A DNA stretch of 64,000 nucleotides from Candidatus Auribacterota bacterium (GCA_026392015.1 JAPLCW010000172.1:6320-70319); one strand, 5' to 3'. Positions 46,464-57,291 are shown, numbered from the stretch's first letter. The notes: generated by a model from the letters alone, not told the origin. Program-made: numbers and translations.

Positions 46464-48782
46464 GATCGACCCCATGTGCAGAAAACGGCTTATCTGGGGA
46501 GAAAATTTGATCACCAGGCCCGCGACCACGACGCTTACCATACACATGAGCTTGATGAGAATGTTGAGCGAAGGCCCCGCAGTGTCCTTGAACGGGTCCC
46601 CCACCGTATCGCCCGTCACGGCGGCCTTGTGCGCGGCGGAACCCTTGCCGCCGTGGTGCCCCTGCTCGATGTACTTCTTCGCGTTATCCCATGCGCCGCC
46701 CGAATTGGCGAGCATGATCGCGAGAACAAAACCCGTCGAGGTGGCTCCGGCGAGGAACCCCATGACGCCCGAAACGCCCAGGACGAGACCGACGACGATG
46801 GGGATGATGATGGCGCTGAGCGCGGGAAGCATCATCTCATGCTGCGCACCCTTTGTCGATATCTCGACGCACTTCGCGTAGTCGGGGGTGGCCTTCCCCT
46901 CCATGATGCCGGCGATCTCCTTGAACTGTCTCCGGACCTCCTCCACCATCCGGCGCGCGGCGCGGCCCACCGCCTTCATGGATAATGCGCAGAATATGAA
47001 TGCCATCATGCTTCCGAGGAACAACCCCACAAGCACCTTCGGGTTTACCAGCGTGATATTGAACTTTTCCATGAAGAAGGCGAGGTTTGCCTTCTGCACG
47101 GTGATTTTGTCAAAGGTGTTTCCCCCTATTTGAACAAGTTTGTCGGCCGTGCGGTCGGCCATCCTGATGAGCCCGATACGCACCTCCTCGATGTAGGCGG
47201 CCAGCAGGGTGAGCGCGGTTAGCGCCGCCGAACCTATCGCGTACCCTTTCCCGGTGGCGGCGGTCGTGTTGCCGAGAGAGTCGAGCGCGTCCGTTCTCTC
47301 GCGCACCAAAGGATCGAGGCCGCTCATCTCCGCGTTCCCTCCGGCATTATCCGCGATCGGGCCATAGGCGTCGGTCGCGAGGGTAATGCCGAGGGTGGAA
47401 AGCATGCCCACCGCGGCGAGCCCCACCCCGTACATCCCCATCTCGGGTGAGGCAAAACCGCCGGCGCATGCGAAGGCAACCAATGTCGCCACACTGACGG
47501 TGATCACCGCAGGCCACGTGGAGAGCATGCCGACCGAGATCCCCTCGATGATGACCGTGGCCGGGCCGGTCAGCGACTGGGAGGAGACCGCCTGTGTCGG
47601 GGAGTAATCCTGCGAGGTATAGTACTCCGTGGCCTTGCCGATGACCCACCCCGCGAACAGGCCTGCGAGGATTGATATCCATAGCCCGATGTGCGCGCGG
47701 CCGAGCAGGCCCCACACCAGGAAGAACGACATGATGGTAATCCCGATCGTGCTCAGGTTCACGCCACGTGCGAGCGCGGCAAGCAGCTCTTTCTGCGTCG
47801 CCTTCTCGCCGCTCCGGACTACGAAGATCCCCGCGATGGAAAGCAGCGTGCCGACCCCCGCGATGACCATGGGGAGAATGATCGAGTTGAAAATCAGGGC
47901 CGGCTCCGCGGCGAACGACGCCACGCCGATGGCGGTCGTGGCAAGGATCGAACCGCAGTATGATTCATAAAGGTCGGCGCCCATTCCCGCCACATCCCCG
48001 ACATTATCGCCCACGTTGTCGGCGATCGCCGCGGGATTCCTCGGATCATCCTCGGGGATGCCGGCCTCGATCTTTCCCACAAGGTCGGCGCCGACATCAG
48101 CCGCCTTGGTGAAGATCCCCCCGCCGACGCGGGCGAAGAGCGCCTGGGTGCTCGCGCCCATGCCGAAGCAGAGGATGGTGACCGTTGTCTCCACGAGGGT
48201 CAGCTTTACAATGCTGTTGAGGACGACGAACCATATGCAGATGTCCAGCAGGCCGAGCCCGACGCAGACAAGTCCCATCACGGCGCCGCTGCGGAAGGCG
48301 ATTGTGAGGGCGCTGTTCAGCGACCCGCGGGCGGCATTCGCCGTCCGTGCGCTCGCATAGGTCGCCGTCTTCAAGCCGATAAAACCGCAGAGGCCGGAGA
48401 AAAATCCCCCCGTGAGAAACGCGAACGGAACCCACTTGGACTGGACGTGGAGGCCAAAGGCCAGGAAGGCAAAAAACACAGCGGCGAAGACAAAGCATAT
48501 CGCGACAACCTTGTACTGCTGTCTGATATATGCCCGCGCTCCCGACCTGACGTACGAGGCGATCTCCTTCATTCGGTCGGTCCCCTCAGGGCACTTCATC
48601 ATCGATTTGTAGAAATACCGCGCACAAACAAGCGCCGCGATCGATGCGAGCGGTGCGATGAGGAATATGACAGGGAGTTTCTGCGCGCCGATCTGCCCTG
48701 TCTCCGGAGCCTGCGCCCACGTCGCCATGGGTATAGCGACGTTGCCCGCAATCATACACAGACATTCTATGAATCTTCTCAT
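46461..48782 (-). CDS. hppA: membrane-integral cation-translocating pyrophosphatase, K+-dependent type
   Basis: 773 aa, about 16 helices. Motifs GGIFTKAADVGADLVGK, DNVGDNVGD and GNTTAATGKG (Ala, not Lys, at the K+-dependence position). AAGGAGG upstream of the ATG. Confidence 0.9.
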   Translation of the reverse strand: MRRFIECLCMIAGNVAIPMATWAQAPETGQIGAQKLPVIFLIAPLASIAALVCARYFYKSMMKCPEGTDRMKEIASYVRSGARAYIRQQYKVVAICFVFAAVFFAFLAFGLHVQSKWVPFAFLTGGFFSGLCGFIGLKTATYASARTANAARGSLNSALTIAFRSGAVMGLVCVGLGLLDICIWFVVLNSIVKLTLVETTVTILCFGMGASTQALFARVGGGIFTKAADVGADLVGKIEAGIPEDDPRNPAAIADNVGDNVGDVAGMGADLYESYCGSILATTAIGVASFAAEPALIFNSIILPMVIAGVGTLLSIAGIFVVRSGEKATQKELLAALARGVNLSTIGITIMSFFLVWGLLGRAHIGLWISILAGLFAGWVIGKATEYYTSQDYSPTQAVSSQSLTGPATVIIEGISVGMLSTWPAVITVSVATLVAFACAGGFASPEMGMYGVGLAAVGMLSTLGITLATDAYGPIADNAGGNAEMSGLDPLVRERTDALDSLGNTTAATGKGYAIGSAALTALTLLAAYIEEVRIGLIRMADRTADKLVQIGGNTFDKITVQKANLAFFMEKFNITLVNPKVLVGLFLGSMMAFIFCALSMKAVGRAARRMVEEVRRQFKEIAGIMEGKATPDYAKCVEISTKGAQHEMMLPALSAIIIPIVVGLVLGVSGVMGFLAGATSTGFVLAIMLANSGGAWDNAKKYIEQGHHGGKGSAAHKAAVTGDTVGDPFKDTAGPSLNILIKLMCMVSVVVAGLVIKFSPQISRFLHMGSI

Positions 48783-48983
48783 AATCCGCCTCCTTTTTTC
48801 TGCTCGATTTTCCGCCTCTCCCCTCCAACCCGAGAACTACCTATAGAATCAGAGCGAATTGGACCACAATATGTTACATCTATTCTGTTTCTCCGCCCGG
48901 TCCACATTTCCACGGTCCCTCGCCTATTCTTTGCCAAGACTCTCCCGAAGGGCAGTTATTATTCCCGCAGATCCATATCATGT

Positions 48984-49017
48984 CAATGAATAAATAGCCT
49001 AGCCTGGATTATTCATC
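48984..49017. repeat. two MITE family 2 termini abutting head-to-head on a single TA
   Basis: CAATGAATAAATAGCC-TA-GCCTGGATTATTCATC. Confidence 0.6.
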
Positions 49018-49023
49018 TCCCTC

Positions 49024-49086
49024 TTGTAGGGGTTCTATTCATCGAACTCGCGTTAAGACCGGGCTTGATGAATCAAGCCCCTACAA
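49024..49086. repeat. palindromic repeat family 5 (short form)
   Basis: TTGTAGGGGttc...gCCCCTACAA. Confidence 0.7.
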
Positions 49087-49176
49087 TTCAATGTGTTATC
49101 GAGCATGAAAATCGGTCTGACCTAGAGTTGATGAATAGATCAGACCAGATGCTGGGTCAGTTTGAGGATCGTTGAA

Positions 49177-49327
49177 TTGTAGGGGTTCGACGAACCTGTC
49201 CTGAGCACTTCGGCTGCGCTCAGTATAAACTCAGTCGAAGGATCGAACCCGGGCGCGATAAAACCTGTCCTGTCGAAGACCCTGAGCGAAGTCGAAGGGA
49301 CCTTGCCGAAGGATCGCGCCCCTACAA
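49177..49327. repeat. palindromic repeat family 5 (long form)
   Basis: TTGTAGGGGTTCGACGAACCTGTCCTGAGC...GCGCCCCTACAA, related to 63424-63540. Confidence 0.7.
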
Positions 49328-49415
49328 CATAACATTATTTATCCTCCCCCCATAAGTGACCCATTAAGTTTTCCCGCACATAGTCATTCCTGTATGCTGT
49401 TTTTCTGACTACTCA

Positions 49416-51875
49416 CTACTGGCTACTCGCTACTGGTCTGTCCTGTTCGCACTTCTCTCCCATCAGTCTCTTCACGAGCCGCGCGATCTCCCCGGCGCTC
49501 TTTGCGTATCCGTCGGCCCCGATTTTCCGCGCGTACGCGGCGGTCACCACAGCCCCCCCCACCATGACCTTCGGTTTCAACCCTCGCTTCGCGAGCTCGG
49601 CGATTACCTGCTCCATCTGCCTCATCGTGGTGGTCATGAGCGCGGAGAGCCCCACGATATCCGCCTTGACCGCCGCAGCCTTATCTGCGATCTCATCAGC
49701 CGGCACATTTCTGCCGAGATCGATTACCTCGTAACCGTAGTTCTCCAGTATCGTGCAGCAGATATTTTTGCCGATGTCGTGGACATCCCCCCTCACCGTC
49801 GCCATCACGATCTTCCCGCACGAGGGCATCCTCCCCCCCTTCATTTCCCTCTTGAGCCTAGTGAATGCGTGTTGCACGGCCTCTGAGGAAAGGATCATCT
49901 GCGGCAAGAATATCTCCTTCCCCTCAAACCTACGCCCGACTTCTTCCAGCGAGGGTGTGATCATGGAAATATTAATATCAAGAGCGGAGATGCCCCGCGC
50001 AAGGGCCTCTTCGAGGAGAGGTATCACGCCGTCCTTGTCGCCCGCGAGTATCGCCTCAAGGAGCTTCTGTTGAATCGCTTCAGGAGTCCCCCCCCTCGCG
50101 GTCGCCGCGGGAGGCCCAGTCGAGGGCACAGCTCTTGTTTGAAGGACGAACTCTTTTGCGCCCCTGTCTGCCGCGGTGAGGACACGCGCCGCCCTGAGCG
50201 TATTCATCACCCTCTCATCACCCGGGTTAAGGATCACCGCATCGAGACCGATCCCCATCGCCATCGAGAGGAATGTCGCGTTCATGATGCTCCGCTCGGG
50301 AAGACCGAACGATACATTGCTCAAACCCATGACGACCTGATAGCCCCTCTCTTTCATAAGCCGGAGAGTCTCAAGCGTCACTGCCACCTGCTCCGGCGAA
50401 CTGGATGCGGCCATCACGAGGGGGTCGATGAGGATATCCTCCGACGCTATCCCCATCCTCATCGCGCTCGCCCTCAGCTCTTCCGCAAGTTTCACTCTCT
50501 TCGCCGCAGTCTGCGGGATTCCCTTCCCCGAGACAGGGAGAAGCACAACGGCGGCGCCATAGACGCGGGCGAGTGTGAGGAGGGACAGCATTTTCTCCTT
50601 GTCTGCGGAGATCGAATTGATGAGCGGGCGGCCGTTACTCGCGCGCAGGCCAGCCTCTATCACCGACGGATCCGCAGAGTCGATCACCAGGGGCACATCC
50701 ACCGTGCGCTGAATCAGGTGCACCATCTTTTTCATAAGTTGTGCCTCGGATACCTTCCCCACGCCGAGGGCTTCCCCTTCTATACCGACATTGAGATCCA
50801 GTAGATGCGCGCCCTGACGGACCTGGGCCTGCGCCACATCGCGCACTGCTGTGGTATCATCCGAGAGAAAAGCGCACGCAAGGGCATTACGGACGCTCAG
50901 GTTGATGCGTTCCCCAATCACCATCGGCGCAGCCTCCGCGTGGAGCTCCACCATTCTGGTCCGGCTGCAGAGGCGGAGGCGGTGCGCAGGCTTCCTGGGG
51001 ACCGGTCTGCGGCGCACAAGCGCTGAAGACATTGCATGGATATGCTCCGGCGTGGTTCCGCAACAACCCCCGATGATGGTGACGCCTAGTTTTACAAACC
51101 GTTCCGCATATGCCGCCATCTCCCCCGGGCTTTTTTTAAACACGGTCCTGCCGTTCACTATCTCGGGGAGCCCCGCGTTCGGCATGACGCATAGATGGGC
51201 GTCGGTGACGACAGCCATCTTCTCCAGGACGGGGAACATTTCCTCCGGTCCCACACTGCAATTCGCCCCGACGGCCACTGCTCCCATGGAGTTGAGAACC
51301 ACCGCCGCGACCTCCGGCGGCGTCCCGGCAAATGTCCGCATGCCCTCGCTGAAGGTCATAAGCGCCACTACCGGTAGCGCAGAGATATCGCGCGCGGCGA
51401 GGAGTGCGGCCCTTGCCTCCCTGATATCCGCGATAGTCTCCAGGATGATCAAATCCACGCCCCCTCGGGCAAGGGCTTTCATCTGCTCGCGAAAGGCATC
51501 CACCGCCTGATCGAAGCGTATCTCACCGAGCGGCGCAATCTGCTTCCCCAAAGGGCCGACCGATCCCGCCACGTAGGCCTTGCCCCGGGAAGCCTTGCGC
51601 GCCAGTCGCGCTGCTTCGCGGTTAATACGCTCCACTTCCTTGTCGAGGCCGTACTCGGAGAGTTTGTAGCGGTCCGCCCCGAAGGAATTCGTCTCAATTA
51701 TCTCGGCGCCTGCGGCGACGTACTGTTGATGAATGTCGAGAATCAGATCAGGTCTGCTCAGGACCGCCTCTTCCGGGCAGGCCCCTGCCGGGAGCCCTCC
51801 CTTCTGGAGCATGGTCCCCATCGCCCCATCACAAAGCAGGACGCGTTCTTTGAGCATTTCGAGGAACTTTTTCAT
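49416..51875 (-). CDS. metH: cobalamin-dependent methionine synthase lacking the AdoMet reactivation domain
   Basis: 819 aa. It has an Hcy S-methyltransferase domain (LLCDGAMGT...GGCCGTTP), a pterin-binding barrel and a B12 cap plus Rossmann domain with GDVHDIGKN. The protein ends directly after the B12 domain. Confidence 0.9.
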   Translation of the reverse strand: MKKFLEMLKERVLLCDGAMGTMLQKGGLPAGACPEEAVLSRPDLILDIHQQYVAAGAEIIETNSFGADRYKLSEYGLDKEVERINREAARLARKASRGKAYVAGSVGPLGKQIAPLGEIRFDQAVDAFREQMKALARGGVDLIILETIADIREARAALLAARDISALPVVALMTFSEGMRTFAGTPPEVAAVVLNSMGAVAVGANCSVGPEEMFPVLEKMAVVTDAHLCVMPNAGLPEIVNGRTVFKKSPGEMAAYAERFVKLGVTIIGGCCGTTPEHIHAMSSALVRRRPVPRKPAHRLRLCSRTRMVELHAEAAPMVIGERINLSVRNALACAFLSDDTTAVRDVAQAQVRQGAHLLDLNVGIEGEALGVGKVSEAQLMKKMVHLIQRTVDVPLVIDSADPSVIEAGLRASNGRPLINSISADKEKMLSLLTLARVYGAAVVLLPVSGKGIPQTAAKRVKLAEELRASAMRMGIASEDILIDPLVMAASSSPEQVAVTLETLRLMKERGYQVVMGLSNVSFGLPERSIMNATFLSMAMGIGLDAVILNPGDERVMNTLRAARVLTAADRGAKEFVLQTRAVPSTGPPAATARGGTPEAIQQKLLEAILAGDKDGVIPLLEEALARGISALDINISMITPSLEEVGRRFEGKEIFLPQMILSSEAVQHAFTRLKREMKGGRMPSCGKIVMATVRGDVHDIGKNICCTILENYGYEVIDLGRNVPADEIADKAAAVKADIVGLSALMTTTMRQMEQVIAELAKRGLKPKVMVGGAVVTAAYARKIGADGYAKSAGEIARLVKRLMGEKCEQDRPVASSQ

Positions 51876-51974
51876 CTATCCCGAGCCCAATCAGTCGGCA
51901 CTGCATTTTTTAATGCGCGGCTTTAAACCCCGATTTTTCATCAGACGCATAAGAAAGCAATGCTAACAAAATAG

Positions 51975-52080
51975 CATATGCAACCGCGGATTTAGCGGAT
52001 TGGGCGGATTACAAACAAGAATCCGCATAATCAGCGTAATTCGCGGTCAGAACGTTAAAGTTGATGAATTAATCAGGTTA
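51975..52080. repeat. MITE family 2, left end missing
   Basis: caaccgcggatttagcggattgggcggatt / aatccgcataatcagcgtaattcgcggt ... GATGAATTAATCAGGT-TA. Confidence 0.65.
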
Positions 52081-52178
52081 GTGTAGCAAAAAGAGATAAC
52101 TCACCATCTCAATTATTTCCACTGGATGGAAACAATTTCGGTGTGGAGCACATCGGGGGTGAATATCTCCGTGAATCC

Positions 52179-52402
52179 GTAACTGCCGAGGAGCCAGAAT
52201 TCAGGAGACAGAATCCAGGAGACAGGAGAGAGAATTCAGGAGACAGAATCCAGGAGACAGAAGAGAGGATTCAGGAGACAGAATCCAGGAGACAGGAGAT
52301 AAACGTTTCCTTGAAATGCCGTTATTCTTAATTCTTAATTCTGAATTCTGACTTCTGAATTCTGTCTTCTTGCTTCTGTCTTCTGACTACCTGAGTAGTT
52401 AC
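52179..52402. mobile_element. MITE family 1, hairpin-only subtype (1B), expanded
   Basis: GTAACTGCCGAGGAGCCAGAATTCAGGAG ... CTTCTGACTACCTGAGTAGTTAC. The interior has tandem caggagacagaatc-type units and the same loop (ataaacgttt-c-tt-aaaatgccgttattc) as the copy at 3065. Flanks are GTGAATCC and GGGAAGCC (6/8). Confidence 0.75.
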
Positions 52403-52432
52403 GGGAAGCCTTTCCGCTATGGGCTATCACCC

Positions 52433-55400
52433 TCACTCAATTACGAGCGAGGCGCGTATTTCCAGGAATGAATTGCTTCTGTGAGTGATCGGTTTCCCCG
52501 AATCGAATAATGCCACTACCAGTTCATATACACCTGAAGGGGCATTCTGAGGAACCACCTGTGACAGAAGCGGATAGCGGAAGCCGTCAGGCAGGCCGGG
52601 GCAATCCCTCGTCACCGGATAGATACGGGGACTCAACGTTTGTGCGTCAATCAACTCCCCGCCCGGCATGATAATCACTGCATAGGCGGTAAAAACTTTT
52701 GTAACTCGCGTGTGAAAAACAACCTGTATATTCAACGGATCCCCAATTTCCAAATAATGGATATTAAACACAATCTCCGCCTGTGGAGGGAGCGGTGTCG
52801 GGGCATCGGCAGGGGTAGCTGTTGCGGTGACCGTGCATGCCGGTGTTCCCGTGGGCGTGAAGGAAGGGGGTTCAGTCGGGGTGGACGTTTTTGTCGGTGT
52901 TGGAGTGGAAGTCTCAGTCGGCGTCGGTGTTGATATACATGTCGATACGCATGTGGGTTCCTCTGTCGGCGTTTCTGTGGGAGTATCCGGAGGAGTGGAG
53001 GTGGTTGTCGGAGTAAGGGTGGGCGTGGCTGTGGGTACAGGAGTTCCGGTCGGGGTGGCGGGTGGATTTCCCGTCGGCGTCCTTGTTGGAGTGCACGTGG
53101 ATGTGCAGGTCGGCGTCGGGGTTGCCGTGGGCGTTTCGGTGGGCGTCCTTGTCGGGGTGCACGTGGATGTTCGGGTCGGCGTCGGGGTTGCCGTGGGCGT
53201 CTCGGTGGGCGTTATCGTTGGTGTGCGTGTAGGCGTCGTGGTCGGCGTAGAAGTGGGGGTCTGTGTCGGGGTGGATGTCTGCGCCGGAGCCGTAGGCGTA
53301 GGTGTCGACGAAGGAGACATCTGGGGCGTGGGTGTCCAAAGCCCGTCCCCGGGGTTAGTGCCATTCAGGTATTCCTCATAATCCGTATATCCATCGCCAT
53401 CGGTATCCCTGTCCGGGTCGTTCCGCGCGCCGGGATCGAACCCGTACTCGCTGTAATACCACTCCCAGTAGTTGCACATCCCGTCACCATCGCTATCGTA
53501 TTCTCCCCCGGTTGCGAGATTCACCATTACGGACGGCCACATCCATGCGACGCCCTGCATCCGGTAGGTGTTTGTAACTACATACTCGCGCATGGCAGAT
53601 TTATCCACCACGCGGAAATGCATAATATCTCCATTCTCCCCCGCCACCGGCATAAAACCGTAATACCCGACATAACGGACCTTATCCCTGCCCTTGAGCA
53701 CCCCGCTTTCATTATAAGCGCCTACTTCATCATCTATCTGCGCGGGCGCGCTGTTTATAATAAAATTGGTGCTGTACAGCATCAAGCCCTTCCCCTCATC
53801 GTAGTCGGGGTTAGAATAGTAATTACCCCGCGCCGTGGCTGTCGGCGTGGGCGTGAACGTACCGCCGGGCGTCTGCGTCATGGTCGGTGTCGGCGTCACT
53901 GTCGGCGTCGAGGTGGGCGCGGCGACACCTGAACTGCATATGTTGAGACTGACATCGTCTATATACCAGTATGTATTCGTCACACCGTATGCGCTGCATA
54001 AAAAGCAGATCCGTATCGTCCTGTCGGCATACTCGGAGCCAAGAGTAAATGTTTCCTGTGTCCAGGTATCCTGATATTCAGTATCCCCGTCACAGAGCGA
54101 TTGGAGCGTGGTGAGGGTAACGCCGGAACTGTCCTTTATCTCCACATCAAAATAGTCGTAGGGGTGCGTGGGCATATCCGTATTCAGCATGACCCAGTAG
54201 GTGAGGGTTGCGCCGGCGGCATTCGCAGGAATATAGATTTCCTGATAGAGGGTCGCATCGGAACTCCCGCCGACCCGGACCGAATAAGCTCCCGTGTGCG
54301 TATACGCGCTCCTCAGCGCAGCCGAGCCGCTCCATACCCATGGCGCCGCGCCGTCTTCAAATCCTCTGTTCGTCAGAGACTCGGCGCAACTATCAGGGGT
54401 GGGAGTGGCGGTCGGCGTCATGCCCGGCGTGGGTGTCTGTCCCACGAAATGCGCGCCGGGGAAAACGATGGAGTAGGCCTGCGGTGACTCTGCTAGAACA
54501 GACGCCTTGACACGAATAATCCAGTTTCCCGTCGCAGGGTTTTGCAGAACCACCTGCTCCTGATTATTAAGGTTATCCACACCGGTCGTGGCCGCAGCGG
54601 AAGGGTTGGCGGGATCGAGGACCCAGGGATAGTGGACTGTCTCGTCGGGCGAGAGGAGCGTGAGGTCGAGATCGTTCACCAGTTTCCTTATGGCCATGAG
54701 ACTACCGGCCGGGTCGTCCCACGCGATGCTTACCTTTAACTCGGCAGCCCCTTCACTCACCGTCAACGGGTAATCGTGGACTTCACCCTGCTCTGTAAAT
54801 GTATCCTCCCTGAAAGATCCGGAAATAATCGCATCGACCGCGGCTACACCGTCAATCCTGCCGTAGCCGAACTGGTAATCAGGGCCCGGATTGCCCCTGT
54901 CCAGTGCGGTGTGAATAAGGAGGGCTTTTGCGGTGGAGGGAAGAAACTCACCCGCCGTTTCGTAGGTCGCCCGGTATTGCTCTATGAGTAGCGCGATAAC
55001 CCCCGCCGCCGTCGGTGAGGCCATGGAGGTCCCGTTCTTCGTCACATATCCGTTTGAGGCATCGCATGAGAGCACGTTCACACCCGGCGCGCATATCACC
55101 GGCTTTATTCGCCCATCATCCGTCGGGCCCCAGCTTGAAAACGACGCCATCGCATCTGTTTCGTCTGTGGCGCCCACCTGGATTGGATTCTTTGCGCATG
55201 CGGGGGGGGCGGTTGTTCCATATTCCGTGCCGCATCTGCCATAGCCGCGCTCATTGCCATTTGCCCACGCCATGATGAACGGTTCGCCAAGACTCCCGCG
55301 AACAATGGAGTCTATGAGTTGGGATGTCACACAATAATTGCCTTCATAACTGCATGGGAAACCGTTCGACGCCGTATTCGTCCCCATGGACGCATTCAGC

Positions 55401-56431
55401 ACGTCTGCCGAGGGCGCCCAGGTGTTCTTGGCATAGTTCAAGTCGCTCTCGATATCGCCGGGGTTGGTGTAGAGGAAAACACCGCTCATGTCCCAGAAGA
55501 AGCCCATGGAGAGAAGGTTGGCGCCAGGCGCCATCCCGCGGCTGTTTGAATTCACGGTGCCATCCCCGCATATGGTGCACGCCACATGCGTGGAATGCTC
55601 GTCAAAATCGGACTCGTCGCCATACGTCATATGCGATTGGAGATCTGGATGCGCATACGCGCGCCCCACATCGTACACAAGCACATCCACACCGGTTCCA
55701 TCCAGAAGATAGGGCGTGTCGCGAAGTGTGTCGGCGCCGACGATGGCCCTGTTTTCCGCATTGATGAGATCCAATGGGGGCACAGGTTGCTCAATCCACT
55801 CAACGGCATCCTCCGCTGCCATCGCTTCAAGCTCCCTCTGATCCACCTCCACCACCAGGCTGTTGATGGAACCGACGTAATCAACAACCACTCCGCCATG
55901 GGCCTGTACGATAGTCGCGCCTTCCGTCAAACTAACGTCCTTGAAGAATTGAACGATGACGACGGCGATTTGAGTATCTTTATCATACGCCCACTCCCCA
56001 AGGATCCCCTCCCTGATCTTAGGCGACAGCTTGTCATCCGAAGTGAGATCACCCACCCATCCTACACGTGATAGCGCACTCTCCGCATTCTTCGATGGTA
56101 TAGATGCGATCCAGGCGTGGTCCGGTATGTAGCTCAAAAGCTGGACGCCCTGTTGCGAGAGGGCCCTTTTTTCAGCGTTTTTCGGGAGGTCATCCAACTG
56201 GATAATCGTATGAATTCTTGATCTGCCTCCTCGCTGCGCCTTCAATGCCTTTGCGGCAAGTGCGGTTCTCTCAGGTGAGGTCATTCCCCGGGGAGGGACG
56301 AACTGCCGCGAGCGGAGGAATATCTTGTGAGGATTTAACGGCTTATCGGCAGAATCAGCCATGCCCGAGTAAATGATAATGCCGGCAATCGGTACCGACA
56401 CCATCAATAGCAATGTAGTCTTTCTGTTCAT
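52433..56431 (-). CDS. secreted multidomain subtilisin-like (S8) serine protease with Thr/Pro-rich linkers
   Basis: Trimmed to the ATG at 56431 ([17 protein letters not shown], signal-like). Catalytic motifs VLVYDVG (Asp), HSTHVACT (His) and GTSMASP (Ser). It also has a jelly-roll CBM-like domain (NRGFEDG..W), Ca-binding DxDxDG repeats ([15 protein letters not shown]), about 150 aa of TPT linker, and a C-terminal beta-rich domain of about 110 aa. Confidence 0.85.
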   Translation of the reverse strand: MNRKTTLLLMVSVPIAGIIIYSGMADSADKPLNPHKIFLRSRQFVPPRGMTSPERTALAAKALKAQRGGRSRIHTIIQLDDLPKNAEKRALSQQGVQLLSYIPDHAWIASIPSKNAESALSRVGWVGDLTSDDKLSPKIREGILGEWAYDKDTQIAVVIVQFFKDVSLTEGATIVQAHGGVVVDYVGSINSLVVEVDQRELEAMAAEDAVEWIEQPVPPLDLINAENRAIVGADTLRDTPYLLDGTGVDVLVYDVGRAYAHPDLQSHMTYGDESDFDEHSTHVACTICGDGTVNSNSRGMAPGANLLSMGFFWDMSGVFLYTNPGDIESDLNYAKNTWAPSADVLNASMGTNTASNGFPCSYEGNYCVTSQLIDSIVRGSLGEPFIMAWANGNERGYGRCGTEYGTTAPPACAKNPIQVGATDETDAMASFSSWGPTDDGRIKPVICAPGVNVLSCDASNGYVTKNGTSMASPTAAGVIALLIEQYRATYETAGEFLPSTAKALLIHTALDRGNPGPDYQFGYGRIDGVAAVDAIISGSFREDTFTEQGEVHDYPLTVSEGAAELKVSIAWDDPAGSLMAIRKLVNDLDLTLLSPDETVHYPWVLDPANPSAAATTGVDNLNNQEQVVLQNPATGNWIIRVKASVLAESPQAYSIVFPGAHFVGQTPTPGMTPTATPTPDSCAESLTNRGFEDGAAPWVWSGSAALRSAYTHTGAYSVRVGGSSDATLYQEIYIPANAAGATLTYWVMLNTDMPTHPYDYFDVEIKDSSGVTLTTLQSLCDGDTEYQDTWTQETFTLGSEYADRTIRICFLCSAYGVTNTYWYIDDVSLNICSSGVAAPTSTPTVTPTPTMTQTPGGTFTPTPTATARGNYYSNPDYDEGKGLMLYSTNFIINSAPAQIDDEVGAYNESGVLKGRDKVRYVGYYGFMPVAGENGDIMHFRVVDKSAMREYVVTNTYRMQGVAWMWPSVMVNLATGGEYDSDGDGMCNYWEWYYSEYGFDPGARNDPDRDTDGDGYTDYEEYLNGTNPGDGLWTPTPQMSPSSTPTPTAPAQTSTPTQTPTSTPTTTPTRTPTITPTETPTATPTPTRTSTCTPTRTPTETPTATPTPTCTSTCTPTRTPTGNPPATPTGTPVPTATPTLTPTTTSTPPDTPTETPTEEPTCVSTCISTPTPTETSTPTPTKTSTPTEPPSFTPTGTPACTVTATATPADAPTPLPPQAEIVFNIHYLEIGDPLNIQVVFHTRVTKVFTAYAVIIMPGGELIDAQTLSPRIYPVTRDCPGLPDGFRYPLLSQVVPQNAPSGVYELVVALFDSGKPITHRSNSFLEIRASLVIE
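53077..53208. repeat. 2 x 66-bp tandem repeat inside the protease linker
   Basis: Units 53077-53142 and 53143-53208 differ at a few positions. Each encodes [13 protein letters not shown][R/C]TSTCTPTR. Confidence 0.85.
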
Positions 56432-56620
56432 CACCGCGTGGCCCTTTATCAAAGCGTACCGCTGCTCTGAGTCCCCTAACCTTTACGGCGTGAGCATGAG
56501 CCGATAGCAGAATATCTCGGATCATTCTTGAAAAAGGTTGCCGTATCACCAGACTAAAACTGCTTCTCCTTTTTAACAGCGCTCATGTTATTTATCTAAA
56601 GAAGCTTCTTTTCGTAACCG

Positions 56621-56810
56621 TAATGGATCACTTATGGGTGGTACATTGCTGAATATGTCATTCCTGCCCCCGTTTTCACGAGGGTAAACTCCAGAAGGAA
56701 TCCAGGTTTCATAATGGATCCCCGCCTGCCTGCGCGAAGCCGCTTCGGCATAGGCAGGCTTTCGCGGGGATGACAAGCGAAATGGATACCACCCATAAGT
56801 GACCCCTTAC
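56621..56810. repeat. palindromic repeat family 3 (composite)
   Basis: taatggatcacttatgggtgg...atgtcattcctgc...gcggggatgaca...cccataagtgacccctta. Confidence 0.7.
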
Positions 56811-56933
56811 ATAAATATATCAGCATCAAGGTTGGCGGGGTTTATACCGCATCTTGACAACAATGCCAGATCGAGTTATGAGACGGAACGAGGAGAGATT
56901 AGGCGCAGTTCAAGGTAGTTCTGTAGATACTGC

Positions 56934-57133
56934 GTAACTGCTCAAGAGCCAGAATTCAGAAGTCAGGAGCCAGGAGTTGGAATGAGGACGGCGGCGGCGG
57001 CATTTGAGGACTTGGGCTACGGCGATGTTTCCGAGTTCATGCAATTACTCGAAGAGGTCCGCACGCTACTGGAGGCTTATTCGCGATCCATTCTTGATTC
57101 TGCCTCCTGACTTCTGACTACATGAGTAGTTAC
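56934..57133. mobile_element. MITE family 1, subtype 1A, with perfect 8-bp target-site duplication
   Basis: GTAACTGCTCAAGAGCCAGAATTCAG ... CTGACTTCTGACTACATGAGTAGTTAC. GATACTGC occurs at 56926-56933 and again at 57134-57141. The interior reads AFEDLGYGDVSEFMQLLEEVRTLLEAYSRSILDSAS*. Confidence 0.9.
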
Positions 57134-57206
57134 GATACTGCTATAACGAATGGATAGCCTAGAGCCTGTCCCAGTGTCGTGTCCCGTAAGTAGATTTATA
57201 AAGTCT

Positions 57207-57291
57207 TGTCATTGCGAGTAGCGGAGCGACGAAGCAATCTATTGGATCACAATGAGTTGAGAGGATTGCTTCGCTTACGCTCGCAATGACA
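57207..57291. repeat. palindromic repeat family 4
   Basis: tgtcattgcgagtagcggagcgacgaagcaatc...gattgcttcgcttacgctcgcaatgaca. The flanking sequence (..atttctgag..) is also shared with the copy at 19394. Confidence 0.8.

Noticed and set aside
51876-52178. Expected a cobalamin or SAM riboswitch in the metH leader; a CCACTGG box-like string occurs near 52120.
   Set aside because: The string is on the wrong strand for metH and lacks the surrounding conserved B12-riboswitch core. Most of the leader is a family 2 repeat. An Infernal scan would settle the question.
52190-52385. Regularly spaced short repeats (caggagacagaatc units) that superficially resemble a CRISPR array.
   Set aside because: The units are contiguous with no unique spacers. 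The left and right halves are reverse complements, forming one long hairpin bounded by the family 1 inverted ends. No cas genes are present.
52827-53381. ORFs encoding (GV)n / VGV-rich or His/Asp-rich peptides (52827-53381 +, 52914-53339 -). Similar ORFs occur at 57723-58079.
   Set aside because: These are alternative-frame or antisense readings of the TPT-linker repeat of the subtilase genes, not independent genes.
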